This document shows, piece after piece, positions 10,893 to 22,280 of a stretch of DNA of 64,000 bases. A model generated the notes under the pieces. That model did not search any database and was not told where the DNA came from. It saw only the letters and a list, made by a program, of their open reading frames with translations. The stretch lies in assembly GCA_963829055.1 (NCBI GenBank), contig CAWHHI010000004.1:480001-544000 (forward strand), written 5' to 3'. The stretch comes from an uncultured Gemmatimonadaceae bacterium (GTDB taxonomy: Bacteria; Gemmatimonadota; Gemmatimonadetes; Gemmatimonadales; Gemmatimonadaceae). The translations under genes and the position numbers were made by a program. Positions within the stretch are counted from its first letter, which is position 1. Each line of letters opens with the position of its first letter.

Positions 10893-11800
10893 ATGCACGC
10901 TCGTCCTGCCGTCTTCTCACTTCTGCTCCTGGCACCGCTCACCGCTGGCGCGCAGGCGATCGGAATCGGCCCGGTCGTGTTGCAGCTTCCGGCGAGCACG
11001 CGCGCCATCGGCTTCGGCAACGCGTACGTTGGCGTGCGTGAGCCCGAGGCGGTGTTCTACAACCCGGCGCAGCTCGGCGTCCGGCCGGGCGTCGCGATAT
11101 CGGCGGAGCGATACGGTTCAGCGTCGACGGCGGGCGCGTTCGCGAGCACGTACGTGTTCGGCCCGATCGGCTTCGGAGTCGGCGTGCAGATGCTCGACTT
11201 CGACTCGGGAAGCCCGGGCTATCCGGGCGCGTGCGCCTAACGGGGAGCAGCTGCTCGCACGCCGGCCAGTTCTCCGCGTCGAGCCTGGTCGCGGCGGTCG
11301 CGCCGAGATGGCGTACAAGGGCATTCGCTGGGGCGTCACTGGGAAGGTGGCGCGAGGACCGGGTGGCGGGCGAGCGCGATGGCGTGCTGCTCGCGGACGT
11401 CGGCGCCGCCAAGGAGATCGGACCGGTGACGGCCGGAGTGACGGTGCAGAACCTCGGCACGAACCCGAAGATGGTCGGCACGTCGGCCGAGTTGCCGATG
11501 CGCGGCGACGCTCGGCGTCGCGAGCGGTGGGCTTCCGGTGGGCCCACTCGATCTCGCCCTGAGCACGGCGGTGTCGGTCCGTCGCGGCGGCCGAGTGTCA
11601 CCCGCGGGCGGCGTGGAGCTCGGCTACATGCCGATCGAGGGCGTGACGTTCGCGGGCCGCGTCGGTGGCCGGCTGCCGGAGAAGAACGCGGAGGCGCCGA
11701 TCACGCTCGGCGCGATCTTCACGTTCGATCGCGTGTCGATCGACTACGGGTTCGAGCCGTACCAGGGGCCGGCAGTGGGCATCGGTGGGCGTGAGGATTC
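10893..11800 (+). CDS. PorV/PorQ (FadL-like) outer-membrane beta-barrel protein
   Basis: Signal peptide followed by LPASTRAIGFGNAYVG..AVFYNPAQL, GVTVQNLG, and a C-terminal SIDYGF. The 3' end is uncertain. Confidence 0.65.
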
Positions 11801-11915
11801 GACTTCGGGACGTCGTGCGGATTCACAGCATAGCGAAGGCAACGGATTCGTCGATCTCGGATTGATCGAGATCCCATGTGCCTGGCAGAGGGACCTGGAT
11901 GCTAGATGACGTGAG

Positions 11916-11942
11916 GATTCCTCGCTGCGCTCGGGATGACAA
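11916..11942. repeat. Family A palindromic repeat arm
   Basis: GATTCCTCGCTGCGCTCGGGATGACA, lying between convergent genes. Confidence 0.7.
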
Positions 11943-11980
11943 CGCGCTCGGGTGACAGTTCCGCCTTCCGCCCTGAACGC

Positions 11981-13937
11981 TTACGCCAGATACGCCGGAT
12001 CGATCGCCGAGAATCCGATGTCGTCGACGACCACCTGCCCGACTCGCGTCCGGTCGAACACCAGTCGGATCGACGTCACTCGCGACGCATCGAAGCTGCC
12101 GTGCCACGCGCGAATTCCTTCACCGGCATCACGTACGTCTGCAGCACCAGCTCGTACGGATTCGGAAACGCCGTTTTGTCACGTCCCTTTCGACGATACA
12201 CCGTGATCTCGAGCGGACGGCGCGGCTTGCCGAACTGACTCAGCGCCACGCGCGCCGTCCCGCCCGACGCGTCGACGAGCTCCACCGATCAGATCCATCG
12301 GTGTCGTGTCCGGCGTGGCCTTCTTTTCGTCCGGCTTCTTCTTGTTCGCCGGCGAGCTTCGCAGCGGGCTTGCCCTTCGCGCCTGACGAGTCGGCCTTTT
12401 TCGTCGTGTCCGGCTCCGTCTTGCGCGGCCCCGGCGTGGCCGGTGTCGGCGCCAGCGAGAGCACGACCGACGAGCCCTCGCCGACGTTCCACGCTGAGCG
12501 CAGCGAATCCGAGATCGTCACCGAGTAGCTCGCTGGAGCGCGCGGCTTGGTCGTGTCCTTACCCACCGGCTTGTTGTTCCAGCCTAACCAGACCGCGTTC
12601 GTCCCGAGGTCGCTGTTGCGCGAGCGGATCGGAATCGGCGCTTCCTTCCAGCCCGAGAGGCTGTCGGCGGAGATCGTCACGCCCGGCACCGAGCCGGTGG
12701 TGACGTCGACATCCTCGTCGAACCCGGCGAGCGCGCGGAAGCCGTTCTCCGAGAAGCGCGTGATGTACATCGTCTTCGGCAGCCACTGGCCGATCGTGCG
12801 GTGGTCGCGGAACATCGGGAGGTACTCCTTCTTCCCCTTGAGCGTCGCCTCGAGAAAGCCGCCGATGTACACGCGGCCGAACTGCCGCTGGTCCTCGGGC
12901 GGAGATGAGCGCGTCGAGCGCGAGCCAGCGACCGCTGCGCGGGCCGTTGTCCTTGTTGCCCCACACGGTGTTCCACTGCCCGTGATTCGCGCGGTACACG
13001 TACACCGCCGATTTGAACCACGGCCGGCCGTCCGTGAACTTGATGCGCTGATACTGCCGGAGCCCCGAGAACGCGGAGACGTCGCCGTCGTGCGAGCCGT
13101 GGAACACGAGGTAGTTCACGTTCTCGACCGGCGTCGGCTTGCCGGCCGGCTGATACTGCCCGTCCACCGGCGCGATGGCGACGATCGACTTGATGTCGAA
13201 GTTGTAGTCGAACTTGATCGTCGCGTCGTCGGGATAGTGCGACAGCCGGTTGAACGCCGCCGCGACCGGCGACGGCTTCGCCGCCGCGCGAGTGGCCCAT
13301 GAGCGCGATGTTGCTCATGTCCACCTTGTGGTAGAACGGGCTGCCTAACGAATCGTTCCACGTCCGCCAGCGCTCGAGATGCTCGAGCAGCAGCCAGCCG
13401 CGCCCGTCGTTCTCGCCGCGCAGATTGCCGTTGATGAAGTTCTCGTCGACCGACACGAGAATGAACCCGCGCGACGCCAGGTGCTGGCCGAGGTAGCCGT
13501 AGCCCGGGTCGGAGAAGTCCTTCATGTCGTGGTTGCCGTGCACGATGAGCACGAGCGGAAACGGCCCGTCGCCCTGCGGATACCACACGCGCCCGTTGAT
13601 CGGCAACTTCTTGAAGTCGAAGCCCCAGTACTTCGACCGGCTCTTCGCGATCTCCGGCGGCGCCGACACCATCGGCGATCCGTCGACCGTTTGCGTCTTG
13701 AGCGTCACCGAGTCGCGGAACGCGGCTCGGTGCTTGTCCGTGCCGCTGCCGTAGACGAGCGTGCGGACGGTGAACGTTCCGGGCTAGGCCGGGATTCGGC
13801 GCGCTGATCGTCTGATGCGACAGCACGACGGGCGAGTCGTCCGTCGTCAGCTTCATCGGCTGTTTGATGCACGCGCTGACCATGAACGCGAGCGAGAATC
13901 CGGCAAACGAAACCGCGGCGCGGCGGTTGAGCGGCAT
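11981..13937 (-). CDS. Secreted alpha/beta hydrolase (chlorophyllase/PAF-AH-like), probable lipoprotein
   Basis: Lipobox-like VSAC; GPFPLVLIVHGNH, GYGYLGQHLASRGF, nucleophile elbow GHSRGG, HGSHDGDV, ANHGQWN. TAA at 11981. Confidence 0.75.
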
Positions 13938-14140
13938 GATGAGGAACCCGGTGTCGGGATGAATAGCGAGGAGTCTGGTGAGTCTGTCCGCAATGACGCT
14001 GCGAACGCGTGATTCTATCATAGGACGCGTTCGGCCGCACCGGCAGCCTTCCACCCAACGGCGCGCGCCACAAATATCTTCCACGGCGAAAGTGGTCGTC
14101 GCGCATCTGCGGCGCCGCACACCAATGCTCGGAGGTCCCA

Positions 14141-14725
14141 ATGCGCAGATTCGTCTTCCCCTGTCTCGCCGGCCTGATCGCGGCGAGTGTGCTCACCGCC
14201 GTGTCGGCGACCGCGCAGGCCCCTGCGGTCGCAGCGCCGTCGGCAGCGTCGCCAGCGCCGGAAGTTGGCCAGGCCGCGCCCAACTTCACCGCCCGCGTCG
14301 CCGATGCGTCCGGCATCAAGACGACGCCGATCTCGCTCGCCGACTACAAGGGCAAAGTCGTCGTGCTCGCGTTCTATCCGCTCGATCGCTCGGGCGGCTG
14401 CACGGCCGAGCTCACGAAGTTCCGTGACGAGTACGCCAGCCTCTTCGGTGACGGCGTCGTCGTGCTCGGTATTTCCGTCGACAGCCTCGCGTCACACGCC
14501 AGCTGGGCGAGCGACATGAAATTCCCGTTCGCGCTCGTGTCTGACCCCGACCTCTCGATCGCCGCGCAGTACGGGTCGTTCGTTCCCGGGCGGAAGTACG
14601 CGTCGCGCACGGTGTTCGTCGTCGGCAAGGACGGCACGCTGTTGTACCGCGAGCTCAAGTTCGGTGCGTTGAGCGAGGACGCCTACAAGGCGCTCGCCGC
14701 CGAAGTCGCCAAGGCGAAGGCCTGA
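14141..14725 (+). CDS. Exported peroxiredoxin (Bcp/AhpC-TSA family)
   Basis: Intact ORF: signal peptide plus Ala/Pro linker, FYPLDRSGGCTAE (PxxxSxxC), GISVDS, SRTVFVVGKDG. Confidence 0.85.
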   Translation: MRRFVFPCLAGLIAASVLTAVSATAQAPAVAAPSAASPAPEVGQAAPNFTARVADASGIKTTPISLADYKGKVVVLAFYPLDRSGGCTAELTKFRDEYASLFGDGVVVLGISVDSLASHASWASDMKFPFALVSDPDLSIAAQYGSFVPGRKYASRTVFVVGKDGTLLYRELKFGALSEDAYKALAAEVAKAKA

Positions 14726-14768
14726 GCGAGCGCGGGCAAGGCACCGATAGCGATCGCGGCCGCGAGCT

Positions 14769-14782
14769 GTTAGGCGCCTAAC
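14769..14782. repeat. Back-to-back inverted pair of the iterated heptamer (GTTAGGCGCCTAAC)
   Basis: Perfect 14-bp palindrome about 45 bp downstream of the peroxiredoxin stop. Confidence 0.8.
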
Positions 14783-14866
14783 GCCACGCGGAGGGCCCGG
14801 GTCCACCACCATCCACACGAACCGCTTCGACCCGACACCCAGAACCCAGCGTGTGAACTGATTCGA

Positions 14867-15020
14867 CGGAAACAACGGACATGGCCTGATCCCATCGCGA
14901 CCCGGATACATCACGGAGCCTGGGCCGGTTGAGAAAAGAGGGAACGGCCCTCCGGGACGCATTAGTCGCAGGCAACAACTCTCTCGGCATCAGGCCGATC
15001 GGCACGATCCGGTGTTTCCG
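14867..15020. ncRNA. Candidate rod-like structured RNA (6S-like?) in an intergenic gap
   Basis: Nested pairings: CGGAAACA/TGTTTCCG, GGCCTGAT/ATCAGGCC, GCGAC/GTCGC, GGGCCG/CGGCCC, with a purine-rich terminal loop. No credible ORF covers it. Confidence 0.3.
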
Positions 15021-15075
15021 GCCGTTTCCGTACGCACACTCGGTTCTGGATGCGTGTCGAAGCAGTTCTGGTTTA

Positions 15076-16321
15076 TCAGAAGTGCGCGTTGATGAGCGGG
15101 AGCCAGCGCGTCGCGCGCGGGTTGTTGTCCGCACGGTTCAACAACCCGAGCTGCACGCCATGCAGCCGGCGTGCGTCGTTGAAGATCCCGATCGACAGGC
15201 CGTGCTGCTCCCGCACGGAGTTGTACGCCGCCACGGACGCACCGCGCAGCCGAATCGTTCGCAGCTGCAGCGCCGACAGCGAGATGCCGGACACGCTCGG
15301 GCTCCGAACGCGATAGAGCCCCATGAGGAGACCCGCGGCAGACGATCGCGCGAGGAGCGTCCCGGCCGTGAGCGTCACCCACCGTACATCGCCGTCCGCG
15401 ACCATAGCGAGCCCCGCGACGGTGACGCCATGGACGTCGGCGCCTGACGTCAGAGCGCCACCGGTGATGGTCAGCCCCTGCACGCCGCCGGACGACACGA
15501 CCCCCAGGCCACCAACCGTGACGCCACTGATGCCCGTTTCGCCCAGGACGGCAAGCCCGCCGAACTGAACGCCGCGCATCCGACCCGACGAGAACGTCGC
15601 GAGGCCGCTCGACGCCGACGCCAGTCATGTCACCGCGCGCCGCGACGCCGAGGCCGGCCGCGGTGAAGCCGGTCGTCGGCCCTTCGCTCACGACCGCGAG
15701 ACCACCCACCGTGAAGCCAGTGAGCCGCGTCTGAATCACGGCCGCGAGACCGCCGACCGTCACGCCGCGCGCCCCGTTCGAGGCGGTCACCGACGCGCCC
15801 GCGATGGTGATGCCGGTGAGCGCGCCACGCGACAGGACCGCGAGCCCCGCGACGTTGATCCCCGTGACGTTGCTGTCAGCAGTCACGGCGAAGCCGCTCG
15901 CCGTCACGCCAGCGATGCTCCCATGCGACATGACCGCGAACCCGCCAACGCCGAGTCCCGTTAGGCTCCGATCCGCGCGGACGGCCCCCACGCCCACCGC
16001 AATCCCGTTGAGCCGCGCCGCGCCCGGCGCGATGAGCCCGAGCGCGAGACCGTTGATCTCGGCTTTCGGGTTCTGGCCCGGAGCCCACAGCGTCACGTTG
16101 ATGCCGTTGATCCGAACGACGTTCGCGTCCCGAAAGTTCAGTCGGATTCCTGTCAGGCGCGGCGAGTTGCCGATGCTCAGCCCGACGTGATTGATCGCGA
16201 GGTCCAGGCTCGGCCCCGTTGTAGAATCGGGACGGGCAGGTGCCTGTGCTGCAACGAGACGCGGTGAGCCGAGCGCGGCGATAGCGACCAGACCTGCAGT
16301 GAAACGAAGGGCGTGGCTCAA
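15076..16321 (-). CDS. LA_2272-like glycine-rich repeat surface/outer-membrane protein
   Basis: Signal peptide, many ~17-aa repeats of the type G.TVGGLAVV...G, and C-terminal LHGVQLGLLN..LPLINAHF ending in Phe. Confidence 0.65.
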
Positions 16322-16349
16322 TCGATACCGTCTGCTCCCAGGCGCACCA

Positions 16350-19076
16350 TTACTCCCTGCGCAATGCGACCAGCGGATCGAGTCGGCTTGCGCGACGAGC
16401 CGGAAGATAACACGCGATGGTGGCCACGGCTCCGAGCACGAGCGGGACAGCCGCGAACGTGACCGGGTCCGATGGCGTCACGCCGAACAGCTGACTTGGC
16501 GAGGAGTCGCATGGCGCCCGATGCCGCGATGAGCCCGATCACGAGCGCGATCGCCGTGAGTCTGAAGTCCCTGCCCCACGATGAGCCGCAGCACCTCGCC
16601 GCCTCGCGCACCAAGCGCCATGCGGACGCCCACTTCGTGCGTCCGCTGCGTCACCGCGAACGACATGACGCCGAAGATGCCCACGCCGGCCAGCAACACG
16701 GCGACGCGTCGCGAACGCCCCGACGAGCCCGAGCAACACGCGCTTCGAGCCGAGTGCGTCATCCACGAGCGACTCCATCGTCGCGGACCTTCCACACAGG
16801 CTGATCGCGATCCACACGCCAGATGGCCTCGCGCACGGCGGGCGCGAGCGCCATCGCGTCGCGATTCGCGCGGACGACGACGCTCGTGAAGATCTGCGGT
16901 GCCTGCATGTACGGGATGTACGCCTGCGGGCGCGGTTCGTCCGATGGCCCGAAGTGCTTCGCATCGCGAGCGACACCGACGACGGTGAGCCACTGCTCGC
17001 GAGTCGACGAACCGGATGCGCTGCCCGAGTGCCGACGCGTTCGGCCACTCGCGCCGCGCGAACGTCTCGTTGATGACCACGACCGGCGGCGCGTCGGCGC
17101 CATCGTGCTCGTTCACGTCGCGCCCGCTCACCAGCGGGAGGCGCAGCGTCCTGAAGTAGCCGGGGCTCACGGTGTTGAGCTGAAGCGTCGGCGCGCGCCC
17201 CTTCTCGGGTGCCGGCGCGCCGGCCACGGCGTACGCTCTGGCGTCGGAGTTGCCGCTCAGCGGAACGGCTCGCACGAGTGCCGCGTTCCTGACGCCCGGC
17301 ACTGACCGGATCTCCGTCGATGGCGCGCGTGAAGAAGTCGGAGATCTGTCGCGGCTCCGTGTACTTCGTGGCGGGCAGTCGGAACTCCATCGTGAACAGG
17401 TTCGACGTGTCGAAGCCGAGGTCGACCTGTTGGAGCTTCACGAGCGTGCGGGCCAGCAGACCGGCGCCGACGAGCAGCACGACCGACAGCGCGATCTGCG
17501 CGACGACGAACACGCCGCGGATCTCGACCCGGCCAACGCGCGCCGCGAGACCTCCGGTGCGCGTCGCCAGTGCGTCGTTGAGATTCGTGCGCGACGCGTG
17601 AAGCGCCGGCGCCAGGCCGAACACGACTCCCGTGCCAGATCGACGACGAGCGCCGCAAACGCCATCACGCGCGCGTCGACGCTGATCGGGCTGAAGAACG
17701 TGAGGTCGATCGGAATGATCTTGACCAGCACGGCGACACCGCCGTACGCGACGACCACACCGAGCAACGCCGCCAATGGCCGACAGGATGACGCTCTCGG
17801 TGAGCAGCTGTCGCGCGAGGCGCTGCCGGCCGGCGCCTAACGCAGCGCGGACCGACATCTCACGTCGTCGCGCGACCGCGTGCGACAGCTGCAGGTTCGC
17901 GACGTTCGCGCAGGCGATGAGCAGCAGCAGCGCGACCGCGCCCATCACGATATAGAGCGGCGCGCGCACGTCGCCGACGAGCAGCGTGTGCAGCGACTCC
18001 GACGTGCGCGCCGCTCCCGCCGTTCTCCGCCGGGTACCGCTCCGCCAGCCGCGCTCGCGATCGCGCGCATCTCCGACTCGGCGCCCGCGACAGCTGACGT
18101 CGGGGCGCAGTCGGCCGACCACGATCATGCTGTGGTCCTTTCGCGTCAGCCCGGCGGTGTTCGGGTAGTACGTGATCGGCACCCACACATCGGTGCCGCC
18201 GAAGAATGTGAACGTCGACGGGATGATGCCGATGACCGTGAACGGCTGTCCGTTGAGCACGATCGCGCGGCCGACGATTCCCGGGTCGGCGCCGAACCGC
18301 CGTCGCCATACACCTTCGCTGATGACGGCGACGGGCCGTGCTGTCCCGATCTCGGTCTCGTCAGGCGAGAACACTCGTCCCGCGAGCGGCTCGGCGCCGA
18401 GGAGCGGGAAGAGGCTCGCCGAGACGAAGTTGCCGCTCAATCGCTCGGGCGTGTCGCGGCCCGTGAGATTCAGGCTCTGAAAGCGCACGCACCGCGAGCG
18501 ACTGGAACGATCGCGATTGCTCGCGCCAGTCGAGGAAATCGGGGTAGGCGGGCGGCTCTCGTAGCGACGCGCCGCGCGTCATGTTCACGACGACGATCTG
18601 TTCGGGCGCGGGATAGCGAAGCGGCCGGAAGAGCATGCGCGTCGATGACGCCGAAGATGGCGGCCGTGGCGCCGATGCCTAACGCCAGCGTGATCGCCGA
18701 GACGAGCGTGAAGCCGGGACGCCGACGAAGCGTGCGCACGGCGTACCGCACGTCGTGGATGAGCGTGACCATGATCTCCTCGGGCGGGTAGGCGTCGGGC
18801 AGCGGGTAGGACGAAACGCTCGAGGCGGCCGGTGCGGCGTCGTGGCGCGGCCGGCGAGCGATCGCGCGTTCGCGCACGGCTCCGGCGAGTCCGTCCGCGA
18901 GCACGTGACATCCAGAGATGCGCCGCACCCCACGGCGATCGCATAACGCGATTCGGCGGCGCGCGCTCGCACGAACGCGCGCATTTCGTCGGCGAATTCG
19001 GCACGAAACGACTCGGGTAGAGCCGCAGCACGACCTCGAATGCCCACTCGATCAGGCGGGCTGCGCGGAGACGCAT
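16350..19076 (-). CDS. ADOP-family duplicated MacB/FtsX ABC permease
   Basis: [77 protein letters not shown]. Confidence 0.88.
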
Positions 19077-19445
19077 CAGGCGAGCTCCGGCCGGCGAAGC
19101 ACGTTCTTCGCTCGGGCGAGCGCGACGACTCGCGCGAGACGCTCGGTCTCGGACTCGAGGACGCGTCGGCCAAGCGTCGTCAGCCGGTAGAATCGACGTC
19201 GTTCGTCGTCGGCCGCCTCGGCCGCGCGGCGCGAGATGATTCTTCGATCAGCCCGCTCGCCACCATTCGCCCGATGGAACCGTAGAGCGTGCCGGGCCCC
19301 ATCCGAACCGTGCCGTCGGTGAGGGCCTCGATCGCCTGCGCGATGGCGTAGCCGTGCTGGTCGCCGTCGGCGAGCGCCAGCAGGATGTGGAGCACGGCTG
19401 GCGTCAGCGGAAGAAAGTCGGCGGGGCGGGGGTCTTTGGAGGCAT
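19076..19445 (-). CDS. PadR-family transcriptional regulator (acidobacterial type)
   Basis: LHILLALADGDQHGYAI, MGPGTLYGSIGRM..GLI, RRRFYRLT. TGATG coupling to the permease. Confidence 0.88.
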
Positions 19446-19460
19446 GACGATGGTAGCGTG

Positions 19461-19490
19461 TGTCCGTGCCGGATATATCCGTTACGGACA
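19461..19490. promoter_or_regulatory. Palindromic operator candidate upstream of padR
   Basis: TGTCCGT-gc-CGGATATATCCG-tt-ACGGACA, about 15 bp upstream of the ATG. Confidence 0.6.
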
Positions 19491-19741
19491 TAGTACGCCC
19501 GGAGTTTCTCCGTTGCCAGTGGCCCGTTTTCGGTGCAGCAGTCGGTGGGTTCGCGTTGCGCTTGTCCCTCACGGTACGCGTCGTGTCCCCACGAGACGCT
19601 GAGACAAGCACCGGCGTCTCTCGCGCGGCGTTTGTACGGGGGCTACTATAAGATCGTCTGCCATGCGTGAACCGCGTGTTGGGTGCACACGACGGTGTGT
19701 GCGTCCAGGCGTCCACGTCTCGACGCGCTGAGGAGGCCAAC

Positions 19742-20897
19742 GTGTTTACCAGGCGTTTCTCTGCCGCTCTGATCTTCGCCGCTTCACTCGCGGCGCTGCC
19801 GCACCACGCCTCGGCTCAGGATCGACTCCTGCCGGCGTGGTGTCCATCAGCGTCGCACGATTCCCTCGGTCGATCGATCTCCGGCGCCGAGCTCACGGTG
19901 GACGGCACAACGGTTCGCGGCGTGACCGATGAGCGCGGCGAGGTCCGCTTCAACGCCGTGCGTGGCGGACCCGCGACGGTGCACATCCGCCGTCTCGGGT
20001 TCCGGCCGACGACCCTGGATATCATCGTCGATCAGCGCGTGCCCGCCACGTGCATCGTGACGCTGACGTCGATTCCGCAGCGCGCTCGCGACAATCGTCG
20101 TGAAGGGCGGCACGAACTACACCGGCCGTATGGCGGGCTTCTATCAGCGACGGGATCTGGGCATTGGCCACTTCGTCTCGCGCGAGCGGCTCGAGCACGA
20201 CAATCCGTCGCAGCTCACCGACATCTTCCGCCGACTGCCGGGCGTGCAGATCACGTCCACGCGCTTCATCCGGAACGCGATCCGCTTCCGCGGGAATGGC
20301 GGCAGTCTGCTGGCCGCTCGTGTGGCTCGATGGCGCTCCGCTTCCGACGGCGGAGTTCGATCTCGACTTCCTCTCGCCTCAGTCGATCGAGGGCATCGAG
20401 GTCTACAGCGGCATCTCGCAGATCCCCCCGCAGTTCATGGGCGCTCGTGGTTTGGGCTCGTGTGGTGTGATCGTCGTGTGGTCGCGTGAGGGCGAGCGGC
20501 GGCAGAAGAAGTCGCAAGAAAGCCGTCACCGCCACGGAGCTCGCTGACATGGTCGCGTCGCTCAAGGTGTACACGCCGGACCAGGTCGACGTCCCGGCGC
20601 GAGGCGACAGCCTGTCGCGACCACAGCCGCTCTATCCCGAGACGCTGTTGTTCACCGGCGTGCCGGGCCAGGTGCTCGCCGAGTTCGTGGTGGACACGCT
20701 CGGCCACGTCGAGCTCGACACGTTCGGCGTCATCTCCTCGACGAACCCGAAGTTCACGCAGGCGGTGCAGCGCGCACTGCCCGACTGGGCGTACGCGCCG
20801 GCGATGCTTGGACGGCAAGCGCGTGCGGCAGCTCGTGCAGCAGCCGTTCACGTTCGTGGTCGACTCCGCGGTGCTGCGACGGGCGAACCGGCAGTAG
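19742..20897 (+). CDS. Secreted protein: carboxypeptidase-regulatory-like + TonB-dependent-receptor plug-like + TonB C-terminal domains
   Basis: DSLGRSISGA..TDERG..IRRLGFRP; GFYQRR..G.GHF, VWLDG..IEGIEVY..CGVIVVWS; PLYPE..GQVLAEFVVDTLG..VQQPF. Confidence 0.65.
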
Positions 20898-20905
20898 CAG
20901 CCGCG

Positions 20906-21471
20906 TTAGGTGGTGGTCGGGCGCTCGGTGTGCGCCCGACCGCGACGCGACGTCGCGAAGCAATTCCGTGATCGTCGCCGAGATGGTGATCGTCGTGCTC
21001 GGCCACGAACAGCACGTGGTCGATCACGCGCATTGGCTGCTCGAGCCGAGGGTGCAGTGACGTGCGCACGACGAGGGCATTCGTCGTAGCGTTCGAGTCG
21101 CTCGCACGATCGCCTCGCGCTCGCGCCGGAACGCAGCCGAGCAGGTCGACGAGGCGTGCGACGCGTTGTGATTCGCGTCGTGCGTGCGCCGGTTCTCGAG
21201 GTCGGCTGCGCGCCAACCGTTCGGCACCGTGCTCGAAGTCATCGAGCCGCGCTGCCCACAGCGACTCGAGGTCGAGCAGATGGCCCGACGTTCTCCTGAA
21301 TCGACCACTCGCCGTCGACGCGCGTGGTCAGCACGGCTCGGCGTCGAGGTCACGAACGCGCTCCTCGAGTCGCGCCGGCGTACCGCGCAGGCGCTCGACA
21401 ATGTTCGGGAACGCCCACGGCTCGAGGTCGAACGCGAAGCGGCGCGAGAACCAGCGGGTGCGTTCGACCAT
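20906..21471 (-). CDS. DinB-family protein
   Basis: RLRGTPARLEE, WSIQENVGHLLDLE, AADLENRRT, LHPRL, FVAEHDDHHL. The 3' end is approximate. Confidence 0.75.
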
Positions 21472-21502
21472 GACGTTACCCGATGCCGAGGCGGAGTGCC
21501 CG

Positions 21503-22055
21503 CTACCAGCCCATGCGCTCGCGCAGCCGGGTCACGTGCGCGATGTGGTGCGGCCCATGCCACGCGTACAGCGCGAGCATCTGATCGAGGCGTCTGACGG
21601 CCCGTCTCCGGGTGAACGAGTGGCCGCTCGAAGTCGGACGGCATTCATCGCGCGCAGGATCGCGACCCATCGCTCGTGAACGGCGTCGAGCAGCGCCAGC
21701 GATGTCGCGATCGGAACGACCTTGCACGTCGACAAGCACCGCCCAGCGGCCTTCGTCGTACGGCTTGATCGTCGGCTCGTTCTCCGTCAGCGCGAGCTTG
21801 AAGCGGATGTACGCGTTCAGGTGACTGTCGGGCACGTGGTGCACGACCTGCCTTACGGTCCAGCCGCCTGGCCGATACTCGCGTGTCGATCTGCTCGTCG
21901 GTGAGCCCGCGGACGGCCTCGCGAAGGCGCGCCGGCGTGGCGGCAATGACGTCGATCGCTCGCGTGCGGGCGTCGGCATCGAGCGAGGCGGGGCGCTGAA
22001 ATCGGCCGGTGGGGAAACTGAGGTCTGCCGAGGAGTCCTGGACTGAAGCAGTCAT
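21503..22055 (-). CDS. bstA: YfiT/BstA-family thiol S-transferase (DinB superfamily)
   Basis: YRPGGWTVRQVVHHVPDSHLNAYIRFKLALTE..PTIKPYDE, YAWHGPHHIAHV. Confidence 0.85.
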
Positions 22056-22179
22056 CGTCGAGACGCTCCTGAGATGCGGAGAAGGGGAGGCTCGGAAGAT
22101 GAACGCATGGATCGTTCGTATCCAGTGCGTACGCTATGCGCGGCGCGCATGCCGGGTGTGCACATCAGCCGGAGCGAGT

Positions 22180-22228
22180 TGTCATCCCGATCGGCGTCGG
22201 TGTCATCCCGAGCGACCGCGAGGGATCT
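22180..22228. repeat. Family A repeat, duplicated left arm
   Basis: TGTCATCCCGA...TGTCATCCCGAGCGACCGCGAGGGATCT. Confidence 0.7.
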
Positions 22229-22280
22229 CCTGTGAGGACCGTGTAGCCAGTCTCGCGTCAGTTACGGTTGGGCGCGCAAT

